From Hydrolagus colliei (taxonomy: Eukaryota), in contig CM068748.1 of assembly GCA_035084275.1 (NCBI GenBank), forward strand, positions 3,100,001-3,164,000: a stretch of 64,000 nucleotides of DNA, given 5' to 3'. Positions within the stretch are counted from its first letter, which is position 1. Each line of letters opens with the position of its first letter. The translations under genes and the position numbers were made by a program. This document shows, piece by piece, positions 36,288 to 48,482 of this stretch. A model generated the notes under the pieces. The model saw only the letters and a list, made by a program, of their open reading frames with translations. It was not told the DNA's origin and made no database searches.

Positions 36288-38539
36288 TCCCAGTTTCTCC
36301 TTTCCGACCTGAATGATTGTACTGAACAATCACATTGTGAACTTGTCTGCTAGTGCTTTGTGGATTAAAATATTTTGACCGTTTTATTAATTCGCCCATA
36401 CCTGTGGTCGAGTTGAGCTTCTCTTTCTGCTTTTCACATCATCTTGAAACATTCCATCTTCCACTTCTTTCCTACTTTTCCTGCTGAACAATTGTATCGT
36501 TAATTTGGGCCTTTTAAACTTTATTCACAATATTAAATGAAGCATTGGGAGAACCAATTTTACGAAGAGACCCCTCTGGATTGACCAAAGAGAATTGAAA
36601 TGGGCCAAGCTAAAAGCTTTAAAATGTTGAGGCACGTGGATAATGTGGAGGTGAGCAAGTTATTTTATTTGACGTGTGATCACAGAACTGTCACAGAATC
36701 ATAGAATGATAACAGCACAAGAGCCAAGTTCTTGTATGTAGGGTTCCCTGGAAGAGACACACTTTACATCCAAGGTACTTTTTCCAGTGCAAAGACCCAT
36801 CTACCCTGCTGTTTCCCATCTGTTTTCCATTTTTTTCAACCCTCTGCCTTGGCTCACGCATTAAAGAAAGAATTGCTATTTAGGTTTGGGTGCAGCAGGG
36901 TATCAGGTGTGTGTGGGGTCATTCTTCTTCCCTGAGAATTAACATCTTCAGAAGAGGAAGGGGGAAATCTGATGGGTGTGTGACTTTTGGTTTAGTTTGG
37001 TTTCATGTCAAGCGAATATGTAATTCGTAACTGTAGAGAAGATGGAACTCTCAGTTTAGTTTCGACACTCTTAAGCTTGCTGATGGGTTGACGTATGTGT
37101 CAGACACCTGGCTGACTACAAAATATACAGTTGCTTAACAAGAAAAACTGAGAACACACAAGGGTTCCACAAGGGAATGACTGAGTCACATCCCAACATC
37201 GATCTTTTGCATCGTACATATCAATTTCATAGCAGAATTGTAAAATATATAAAGCAGAATTAGTTCTGATAATGCTGTAAACAAATATCTGATAATAACC
37301 GACTGACAGTGAGTTACAAGGCAGGAATTCAATCGAGTGCTTCTGACGATGTTGTCAACTGTCTGAGTGGAGCTCAAGTGTTTTATGAACATCAACAGAA
37401 CCACAAGATTTAATTACTGTTTTAAACTCAGTGCCAGATATTTGCTCTTCATATTGTGTAATCTATAGTTTGTTTTATAACAGTCTGTTTGTTTCAATTC
37501 CCTGATGGGCCTGAATCATTCTGCAGATGATATCATTTGCTTGAGTGACGATTATTGCAAACTGCTTGGTTTGAATATTATAAATTCACAGGTGAGGACA
37601 GGATATGTGCTCACCTGTAAATTTGCGATGGCATCATATGACAAGAAATATTAATGTGTTTTGAAGAAACATTAGGCCATCAGAATATTGAAAATGATGC
37701 AGTTATATTTGCCCAACATAAATTACCTGATAAAGTAAGAAAAATTTGCTCAACCTTGCCTATTGGTACATGTCGACACACAAAATCACACATCCGTACA
37801 ATATTTTGCATAACTCAGCATTTCCAAAGCAAGATCAGTCATCACCTTACTCTCCTGAGAGTAAAAAGCCAGAAAAAGCTTTAAAAAAAAAGTCAGTGTA
37901 ATGTGCACCACACTTGGATAATCACTGACAGCATTTTCTTTTCCCAGAACAGACTGCACAAACAAGTCTCTCAGCAATTTGCTGGTGCTATTTCAAGAAA
38001 GATGACTCGCTTACCACATAATACATATGGAGGCACACATCAAACACCAAGCCTTTGTGCTCAATCATTTGCAACTGTCGACTTTACGTTACTCCATACA
38101 TCACATTACATCAATAGCTACGGAAACACCAGCGTAAACTGTACCGATGTCAAAAATGTAGTTGCTGGTGAGGAGATACGTTTTCCAAGAATCAAACCTT
38201 TGAAGATTGGTTTTTCAAGTTCCTTATCTGATCCTTCTTTTGGCTGCCTATCAGCTCGGCTTTCCATATGAGTTAATTAACTGACGAATATTATGAAAGA
38301 AACTTGTAAACCTTACAAGGGTTGCTCGGCATGCGGACATAAAGTGATGTTGACTTCATCCTTGTAGAAACTTGACCTATATTAAAGGCTTTCCTTTTCC
38401 TTTTTAATGGTCTAAGTTAATTTGTTTTTTTCTGAGGGCATATAAGACAGCCATAGAAAATAAATGCCTTGCCCTGAAAATTGTTCACAAGGCATATGAA
38501 GATACATGTTAGAATATTCACCCTCCCTGATAATTTATT

Positions 38540-38962
38540 TTCTCCAATTTTCTTCTCTTCACTCCGTCTCTCCTGAAGATTATTTGACTTCTGTTTTCCT
38601 TCCTATTGGGTACAGTTTCAGGAGTACAGATTGCTCGCTGTTGTCCATTATTCATGTACCAGCTTTGACAGTGATTGTTGGCAAACCATTCAACCATGAA
38701 GGGTGGTGGGGGGTGGTGGGGGGAGAGGCAAGCAACACAGGCAAGCCTCCTCCTATCCTCTCCCAATGCCCATACTCGGGTATCTGGCGAGCGAGCAAGA
38801 ATAGGAACAATGGTTAAATTTCCCCTTTTAATCCAGGGCAATGAAACGCCAGCTGCTGTCTGCTCTGAGATCAGATAACTCAGCACAGACCAGGATCTGA
38901 ACCAATATTCCTTGCGACGTCCTCCTGACGTGAAAGACACTGTACAAGTGTAATTTGTTGTG
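38540..38962. mobile_element. Family B SINE (minus, 38540-38905) plus L2-B tail (plus, 38910-38962)
   Basis: ctgagatcagataactcagcacagaccaggatctgaacc; gacagtgattgttggca; cgtcctcctgacgtgaaagacac. Confidence 0.65.
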
Positions 38963-39129
38963 GTTAAATTCTGCACGGTCGGTTGTACTACACAAGGCAA
39001 AGCTTTAACCATAAGGTCAGTGGAAAAGCTAGAGGTGATTTATAGGAAGGCGGGATAGCGCAAGACTGAGAAAGACTATCACAGTTCAAAGGATCCATCC
39101 CAATATGAAAAGATGATTTAAAAAAAATA

Positions 39130-39470
39130 AATCATGTTAAGCCCGATCGCTGTCATGCTCTTCAATTGAAATATTTGGCAGATAAATTATCTGTGTTTGC
39201 TAATTCCCTTTTGAATTTTATAGCCACAATCAGCCCTAACCACCTCCCATGAAAGTCTATCCGTTTAACGCATTCACTGTGTAAAATAATTAAACCTGAA
39301 CTCACTGTTCACCTCCCCTTTTCTGAGCTTGAGTCTGTGTCCCCTTATTCTGTGTATGTGTGTTGCCTGTGTCAAACATATTATTAGGGATCAGTTTGTC
39401 TGTACCCTTTGCTGTTTTGAACAATTGAATGAGATTTCCCTCCCCTAGAGCCTTCTCTTCTTCGGCATAA
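39130..39470 (-). mobile_element. CR1 ORF2 C-terminal relic
   Basis: Minus ..RRRE..GNLIQLFKTAKGTDK..; then RFNYFTQ..EVVRAD..FKRELAN-like across frameshifts (CR1 consensus RRLRGDLIEVFKI.KG.D). Confidence 0.65.
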
Positions 39471-40563
39471 GGACATACGGACCGGCAGTGTGGATTGACA
39501 AAACGTGTACCTTTCCCTTGCTCCCTGTGGGAATGTTTCACGCACGCACTCAGCGCCTCCCACGATGGGTCGACCAAGATCAGGAATCTGTCGTGCGGAA
39601 AATCGCATTGCTCTGTGGCACAGCGGGTTAGTGCATCAAAGTGCTGTGCCACTGGGCTGCTGACGTGCGTTTACTTTTAACATGCACTCACATCATTCTT
39701 ACTTGAAATTGCAATACCCAGGTAAGCAATTCACATTATGCAAAGCTGTAGCATAATTACAAGATGGCAGCGTGTTCAAACAAGAATGTGACCTTTCCGT
39801 TGCGGGATTGGTTTGCATTGTATCACCACACAAAACCTTTTATGACAGAGTGTCAATCCTGATGGCGTGCTTTAGCGTGAAGTGGCTGAGTTTAAGAATA
39901 CTACAAATAATTAAAACACTTATGGATTCGCATGAGAAAATAATCATGACACATGCCAAACAAATATAAAGTTTATTTATAGCTGAGTGTATGAAAGCCA
40001 GAGTAGTATGTTATGTAATCTCTGCGCTCCCTGTACTGCTGTCTGCTAGCTGACAGTGTGTCAGATCGTTTGCAAATATTTTCTGGAACAGCAATCTGGA
40101 ATAGTGCCAACTGCATTATATGTGACAATATCACATGGCAGAAGTGAGAGCATGAGATTAGGCTTCAGCAAATAGAGTCCTCATGAGCAGGTAGCCTTTG
40201 ACCTCAAGAAAGAACATTGTGCACTGCACAAGACTATGTTGTTTGTGTCAGGTTAGAATCTGTGTTCTCCCCGCATGTCAGTCTTTTGAAGCAATAGAAC
40301 TGATGCAGTTCACAAATTGTGCCCTGGGCTGAAATATTCAAACACTTGAGTGACAATGTTCAGAACTGCTAGAGCTACTAGCTCAACCCATGTGGTTTGT
40401 TGTCACAAATTCCAAAGTAGTCTTTGACTGAAGGTAACATTAGGACAATCCTGTTCATTCAATAGATGATACAGTCATTTCCACAGCCTGTAGCCAGGGT
40501 GGACTGAAATGTTGTCATAGTCACTTTCTGTGGAGGGAAGTTAGAATTGATATTTTATAATAA

Positions 40564-40670
40564 AAATAATAATAATCCTTACATTTGATATAGGGCCTTT
40601 GAGACATCTCAAAGCCCTTCATAGAATATACTGTAACATGTAGTGACTGTTTATTTTGTGGGTGCAATAA
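40564..40670 (-). mobile_element. Young SINE 3' fragment
   Basis: (TAA)n ccttacatttgatatag..gagacatctcaaagccc..gaatatactgtaa. Confidence 0.8.
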
Positions 40671-42344
40671 ATAAATATTTTCTTCTGACCCACAGTGATA
40701 TTGTTGAAGAGTGTGCTAAACAAAGTTAGACATGGTGTTATACTTCCAGCTAAAAAAAAAGATTTTTCTTAAAGTAACTTTGCAATCAGCAGTCTGTTCC
40801 AAACAGGTATCCTTACCTAGACTAGAAAGAAGGGTGCTTTTCTTTGCTACTGCCAAGTATTTTTCATAGCTTTAGATTATTTATATTCTTTATCTACTGA
40901 ATCTATTGATCAAACGGTGAGCAGAAATTCCCACAGAATTGGGAAGGCTGTATAACATAGTGGGACCTGGAAAACAATTAGTCTATTCACTGCAAAGAGG
41001 TTTCTTATGAAAATGAATGGAAACGAGTTTGGCGTTCTCAACCCATCCCAGAGGATGCAAATCCACAGCATAAATATGTACTTTTTTTTGGTAATTAAGC
41101 AACGTTGCTCAGATGGTCCATGAGAACAGATGATGTGAGAAATGGTACAGTGGAGGATTGCTCTCTGGAGTCTAATGTTGAGGCATGTACTTGGGATCAC
41201 ATTTGGGGAGCCCTAAACGGCATCAAATGTGCTGCGTACTTGACATTAAATTGCTGAAAAATATCATTATGTAAAAGAGGCGGAATATTCCACTCTTCAA
41301 CTCTGTTCCCCATTATAATTCCACTTTCACAGTGCTAGGCACAAAATATACAATTAAAAAGATAGTCGGAGACTGTAAAATTGATAGTATTTTGTGTTGA
41401 AATATTGGGGTAGAAAAATGCAGTGCTTTCATACAGATTCAATGTGATTTATTGATTAATTCACTGTGAGAACAGAAGCGATTACAGCATGGACTCCCGA
41501 GGGATTGAATTCAATACGTCCATTCAGTTTTGACCTAGTTACCCCTTACAACTATCTCTGCTTGCTTTCATTTTTGCACTTACCAACTCACATCCATATC
41601 TTACCCTTGACATCCACTGGCTTTTGTTACTGAGTTCTTTAGAAAACACAAAGTTGCATTTTGGAGTGGGATAAAATGCTTTATAAAACATGTTCCTGTC
41701 AATTTCATGTTTCTATTTACTACAAAATAAACTGCGACTGATCCTGTGATAAATCAAAGTATGTAGCATTCAGATAAGTTCAACAATTAAAATGTGTGGC
41801 ACTTTTAGCCCAATTAATCATAAAACCTTAAACTGGTAAGAATACTCAATATTCCAATAGTATAACAAGATCAAAAGGATGAGAATGTGTGTCCTGTCAT
41901 CTGAGATCAATATTTTGCCCTCTTCATGCAGTAATGGCTTGCACAGGAAGTAAGTGCTGCAGGCAAACACTTTCAATATAAAGTACTCTCCTTTTTCTGT
42001 CTCCCGCATACTGTTTTTCTTCCAAAAAAAATCTTGTTAGGAGAAGCTCTCAATTAGATTGTAGCCGAAAAGATGTGATGAGGTTAATGCAATATTTAAA
42101 GTTTGGTAGATACCCAAGACATTGAAGTTAATAATTCCTAATTTGTCAATCCAGAGCTTCCATTTATTCCCCAATGCATTATTCCTTTGTCATGTTCTCA
42201 CCAGAGTAACGTTTCCAAACAGCTAGAAAAAATTAAATACGGTAGTTAGTTTCTACCACTAGCTGTTGAATCATGTTTACAGTTTCCATTAGGTCCCACC
42301 ATATTTTGCCGCCAATCATTCTTGGCAAAATCAAATCCAGAATA

Positions 42345-42500
42345 ACACCTAATGGTTGTTTGGGAGGCATTGCTATGCACAAATTGGCTGCCACATTTTC
42401 TTACCAGGGTACACAGTATAATACATACAGTACATCCTGTGAAGTGCTTGGAGATGTCCTCCCAACTTGAAAGGTGCAGTATCAAGTGCAAGGTTTATTA
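42345..42500 (+). mobile_element. Older SINE 3' half
   Basis: tgctatgcacaaattggctgccac..ctgtgaagtgcttggagatgtcc..tatcaagtgcaagg. Confidence 0.7.
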
Positions 42501-43284
42501 TAGTATTTAATAGCTACCACTTTATTATACAACTAAATTGTCACCATTGCTTGCTATTCCACTGTTCATTAACTATACAATACAATTTCTCACCTACTAT
42601 CACTAAACCATACATTCCCAATAGACTGACACTTTTATGCATTAACCTTAGCGACATTAAACTGGTAATGCCAATCTTATTAAAGTTTTCAGCTCATCAG
42701 ACAGAGGCCAGAAACTCTTCAGCTTTTCTCAATGGCTTTTAAGTCTTGAAGTTGTCACCTCATACCTACATTTAACCAGAAGCAATAACATGATTGGTTC
42801 TCCCTCACTTACTGCCTTTGACTGGTTTGCTTTTCATTGTGCTCTTTTCACACAGTCCTGCTTGACATTTTACTTTTGCCCTGACTACCAAACACACATA
42901 TCTGTAAATGCAACATGTACTGAGCTGAAAAGCAGAGTATCTGCATCCTCTATGTCACACGTGGTAGCTCAAACAAAGCAACATAGTAAAACTTAAGCTA
43001 TTTGTGAACTGGTCTGTGGAGGTAAATGTCTGGCAGGGTCAGGGCTGCTTTTAGCGCTTCTTTTTTAAAAAATCACTTAAGCTCTGGAAAAGCTGAGTCG
43101 GTTTATTTCCACTCATCGCAGTCTCAGAAGCCAAAACACCAGCAGAGTGTTCTTGAAAGTGCTCATCAGCAGTGAATCAATTCCACGTTTTTTTTTGCTT
43201 TTTTTTAAAAAAAAGTCATAAAAGTGTAAACACTTTGAGGCAGGGTGTTTCTCAGATTGCTGCTGTTAGCAATCAGGTGAAGGT

Positions 43285-43568
43285 CAATTCGCTTGACAGT
43301 ATATTCCGCGAAGCGCTTTGAGATATCTCAAAGATGTGATGAGGCGATATGTAAAATGCAAGGATTAGTGTTTTTTTTGCTCATTACTCATAACCGAATA
43401 TAGGCCTCTCATTCTTGGCAATAATATTTGCTGCTGTTTTTGACAACTTTCCGCTCAGCATTCAAGAAATCTGCTGCCTCTTGTACAGCTATTCCTCTGC
43501 CAATCTATGTTGGGACATCCTCCCCACACAAAGGCGCTCTATAAAAGTAACTTTGTGGTTGTTGTTGT
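43285..43568 (+). mobile_element. Young SINE tail (43285-43370) and L2-B tail (43505-43568)
   Basis: gaagcgctttgagatatctcaaagatgtgatgaggcg; ttgggacatcctcccc..aggcgctctataaaagtaac(TTG)n. Confidence 0.75.
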
Positions 43569-43853
43569 ATGTGTAAAAATCTTTGTGCAGTGCTTTAGGT
43601 TTTGGCTCCACCAGAAATTGGTTGGGTCTTTCTTTCTGATTGTGTCGCTTCTCCTGTGCACAGCAATGCTTGGCTCTCCACAGCTGGATTAACACCGTTG
43701 GTTCTATTTAAGAGTTTAATTATTTCTTTCTGTACCACACTGGTGTCAAAAATGATTAATTTTTGGTGCCTCAATGATTTGACCATGTGCATAACGCTCA
43801 GAGGAATCTGATCACTTTCATGTCTTTAAATTAAAGAACAGCACACTGCAACC

Positions 43854-44055
43854 CAGAAACGGAAGTCTCTGGGAACACTCAGCAGGTCAGGCAGCATCTA
43901 TGAAGAAAAGAAAGTGATCCTTCATCAGAACTGACCTGACCTGACGAAGGGTCGTGGACCCGAAACCTGGACTCACTTTCCTTTCTCCATAGATGCTGTC
44001 TGACCTGCTGAGTGTTCCCAACGACTTCTGTTTTTGTTTCAGATTTTCAGCATCC
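43854..44055. mobile_element. Fold-back (inverted-repeat) element, probable Penelope-like terminal repeat with a hammerhead core
   Basis: 64-bp inverted arms 43854-43917 / 43973-44036 (7 mismatches); loop contains CTGACGA-A-GGGTC-gtg-GACCC-GAAA. Confidence 0.7.
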
Positions 44056-44431
44056 ACATTGTTTTATGTTTTGTTTACTGTAACCCAGAGTTGAGTGACA
44101 ATCATACTGATTTGTGTAGGGTAAGTGGGTGGGTGGATTAACAATATAACTATAGTAGTCGACTTCACAAAATACTGAAGTGCTGAACTGAAACACAGGC
44201 ATGAAAGTGATATTAAATGTTGGTTCTTCAAGGTAATGGAGATATTTAATGATTGTACCTATTATTGTTATTATTATGTTGCTTATTATTCTAAATGCAC
44301 ATTTATAAATCATCTTGACTTTTTGGTTCACATTCATACTTTAGAGTTGAAGGTGTGTTTGGAATTGGTATGCTCTTTAACATGACTCCATACAGATGGC
44401 AAGAGAATAAGATTCTATGTCACTGAGCAGT

Positions 44432-44580
44432 TTCAAAGCCCCACACAGAATATATTGAAAGTGGATTGACTGTGTATTTTGTGGGCAAGACACGGCAGCC
44501 AATTGCGCACAGCAGTATCCCAGTCGTGGATTGAGTGACCACATTTACTTATCATCTCATCCGAAGGATGGCACCTCCAC
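44432..44580 (-). mobile_element. SINE copy joining the young body to a Deu-core remnant
   Basis: cggcagccaattgcgcacagcag, followed by catctcatccgaaggatggcacctcc (reverse complement of the Deu motif ggaggtgccatccttcggatgagatg). Confidence 0.75.
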
Positions 44581-47500
44581 ACGTAGAAGCTTTCACGTGG
44601 AGTAGGGACCCGGAGTTTGGCAAGGGTACAGAGCACAAGGACGCAGAGCTCAAGCTTGTAAAGAGAAGAAATTTCACCAGAAATAATAACAACAGCGACA
44701 ACAAAACGAGCAGAATAATCAATACAAATATAGAGATTCTAGGCGACATTTCTTAAGAACAGGCGTTGCTGCTAATGTCTCCACTTTGGCATGTCAGTCA
44801 CTGCAGAGATAGAGGCTTGCTTTAGACGGTTAACCACAGGTCTCTCTCTATCAGATGCATCTGCATTTAACAGTTATTTTAATTTCCCTATCGCAGGACA
44901 TGTTTTTTTCATGGGTACTATTGTGGGCTCATATCCGCTGAGAAAATATATACTGTACATCAATTTGACTGCAGACCAGAATCAGAAATCCTGAGTTTGC
45001 TTTTTTGTACTCAAGATACTTGCTCATGAATCTTGCAGTACGTTAACTCATTCACCGATCGGATGAGTTACTGCCTCGTTGGTGCAGCATTGTGCTGAAA
45101 TATTATGTGACTGGCATTCAAACTTGCACGCAGGTTACAATTGCCCACAGCCCGCTTTTGCAAAATTGGTATCTGTCAGGCCCATTACGTTTATATGTTG
45201 ATTTTAATGTCCTCGATTTTATGGACGCGGAAAATCTAAGTTATTCTCAGCAAAAATAAAGATACTAAATATAATGCGCCATTCAACATTAGACAGTGTA
45301 ATTAAAATCCAACAAATACGTCAGTAATTTCAATCCCGAGTCCCATGAAATGAGAGAATTTTATGGTGAGTTTGTGCTGCTGTTAAAAAACAACTTAAAT
45401 TCACAGCTCAACATTGTTGAGATTCATGAACATAAAGAGACAATAAATATGAGACAGTGGATTGTTCATGCTGGCTGACCACTATTTCAGTAACACAAGG
45501 AGAACTTAACCGTAGGCAGACTTGAGTGAGTAACTTGACTTGACATTCAAATAACTGCAGTCACAAAGAAGGCTCAGTTAGCTCAAAAAGAATCGTCAGC
45601 TATCTTTCCCTTCAGTGTAAACACTGAGACTCTTAATATGTACCATGAATTCACAGAATCATCACCATGGTGACAATATTTTCAGTCATATCTTTAATGA
45701 ATAGGTAATGAATGAAATGTAGCATTTTAAAACTTCATTACTTTTTTTAAAAAATTCAGCTGAGAATGTGAAGTGTGGTCGTTGTCAGCCCCCAGAACTG
45801 GTCGCTGATTATTAGATACGGATTTAATTTGGTTAGGAGCTGAAAGAGGAAACTGTGAACACTGTTTGGCGCATCATCTCGCCAGAGGTCGTCCCTGATT
45901 GTCATTCAGAGGTCACTGTGGGAGTTGCAACAGTGAAAGTTGTTTGCATTTATTAATCAAAGGAAGTCAAAGCCACATAAAGATATTATCAAGGATTGCT
46001 TATGCAGGCACACACTGACAACTGAAATACATGATGAAGTGTTTATGAAATGTTTTGTGGTCGATTCAGGCTGTTCAAAGCGTTTTCCTTTGCAGGTGCA
46101 AAACCTTTTTACTCTTTCACATCAAAGAAACAATTAAAAATAAAACACTGAAAAAAAACACAGGACTGTAGTTTCTAATCTTCAGCTGCTGAACATTGAA
46201 TACATGAAGCGTAATTAATTTCAAAGCGATGCCTGAATTCTTTCAATATTCATTAGTCTCCATTTGCAAGTTATTAGATTGTTTGTTAAAAGCATTGTGT
46301 GCTGTTTTTCACTTCATTAAGCTTTTTTTCTTGGCTTAAAAAATCATTAAAAACACCCACAAGATGAAACTTTATGCAGCACCTGCCTTTTGCTTTTAAG
46401 CTATTTATGCTCTAGCAGCTATTGCTATTTTAGTGGCTTTGTGACCAAAGGTATACTGCGGAAAATACTGACAAATTGGAAACCAAATTTCTCACGGATT
46501 TTAAAACAAGACAGAGCGATAGTCAGCTCAATAGTGTCCCCATTACATTGTGTCCAATGTGTGTGTGTATATGTGTGATGTGTGTGTCTGTGTGAAAGGG
46601 GTGCAAATTATATTTTCTTGCAGTTCTTCTCTTGCTGATGTTGAATGAATCAGCAACGGTCATGATCTCATCATTCCAGCCAACGTTGGCTATAAAATAT
46701 TGCCTAATTTGCAATCTATTAACATCAGTGGAAACACAATACATTCATGTAATATACAGGCACGCACAGCTTCGTTCAACCATATGAGACTTTGGTATAA
46801 CATTTTTACAGCATTGCAGTTGGGATTTTTTTTTGGAAAAATTGGGTCCAGAAAACATTATCAATAGATTGTGGTATTTTTCTTGAACAATGGGGGTAAT
46901 TTCTAGCAATTGATTCTCTACTGAGTGTTGCTTTCCACACCTCGGAACATGGATGGGCACATTTTTCCTTCCAGAACATATTACTTTTTCATGCTGCTAA
47001 GGTAATAACTTAACTGCTGCAGAGAATGAAACATTTTACCATTAACATCCAGCGGCAATATTACCTGTCTCCCCGATCAAATTTAAAGTGACTTAGCACC
47101 AATACAAGATGCCCCCAGTGCCACTCAGACATTTTTGAGAATCAAATGCCAGCTCAAAGCATCAAACTCATCTGATTCATGTGACGGTTTGATGCCCCAC
47201 ACGTCGAAAACAAGTGTCCCTGAGCCAAGGCTGCTACTTTAGGGATATTTGTACGCTATGAATTTATGTAGAGCGAAACCTGGTTTATATTTTATGACCT
47301 GTAATGGCCGTCAGATGTACATATTTTATAACCTATTTCAGCACTCCTCATGCTGCCTTATGGTTAGTTCGAACATAAGACGTGACGAGGCATAGCTGGA
47401 GAGAAATTCCACCTGTGTCTTTATTCACTCTGTTTATGTGGAATTTTACAAATAGCAAATTGTTGAGTTCAGTCCAAATTGTAAAATTGCTTTTCTGTAA

Positions 47501-48294
47501 TTCTGATGATAACTTAAAGAAATCCGGCTTCAAAATTAAGTCCATAATTAAGAATTTGTCAAAATTCTAGATGCCGTGAAATGACTACATGACTAGAGGA
47601 AATGGGGACTGAGATAGAATTAATCCTCAATTGTGAGATAAGGTTATTTGATCTGTCAAGACTCTTTGTTCCTTGTCCTGTGTACAGTTTACAGCATCAC
47701 GGACTGTTTCTGCATTCACATAAAAGCCTGTTGGAACGTTCTGCATGCCTGCTAACTGACCACAAAAGTAATCAAGCAAAACTTCAGAATATTTACACAT
47801 CTATATTCTTAAACTTTGGCTCACTGCTCTACTCAGACCAGTGCTTCCATGGTCCTTCTGGCACCTGATCGCAGCAGAACATTATAACTAAGCATCATGT
47901 TCAGCAAAGTATTTTGCAAATGCAGTTGATTTTTAAAAACTTATTTCGGGCTTTTAAATGGTCGTGAAACATTTTGTTTGCAGATGTGACATTAAAGGGA
48001 TCAAACAGAGCATTTCACACCTTGCTAAATCTGCTACCCAGCAGAAGGCCTGTTATTGATCAATTTCAATGATGGAATGTGGACTACAATTGAGTCACAT
48101 CAGATCGGAGACCATTTCAAGTCTACTGCACATGGATCCAATTAAATGGTTTCACCTGGAAGATATTATGCGCTGAGCTGAGAGAATGCTTGTTACACCC
48201 TTTAATGGTACACATGGAAAATTACCCACAGCCGACAAATTACATCCATGCGACGGAGCTGATTAAACTATACAGTAGCAAAATTCCTTCATAA

Positions 48295-48482
48295 AAATAA
48301 TAAATTGGTCACAGCAGCCCACGACTGTTTGTGGGATACTGCTGTGCGCAATTGGCTGCCATGTTTCATCCACAAAATATACAGTCAATTCACTTTACAG
48401 TATATCCTGGGGAGCACTTTGAGACGTCTCAAAGATGTGGTAAGGCGCTATATCAAATGCAAGTATTATTATTATTATTATT
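48295..48482 (+). mobile_element. Young SINE 3' half
   Basis: ccacgactgtttgtgggatactgctgtgcgcaattggctgcc..(TTA)n. Confidence 0.9.

Noticed and set aside
38317-38376. 60-nt minus-strand exon candidate (SSFYKDEVNITLCPHAEQP or QVSTRMKSTSLYVRMPSNP)
   Set aside because: The acceptor lacks a pyrimidine tract (purine-rich upstream) and neither peptide is recognisable
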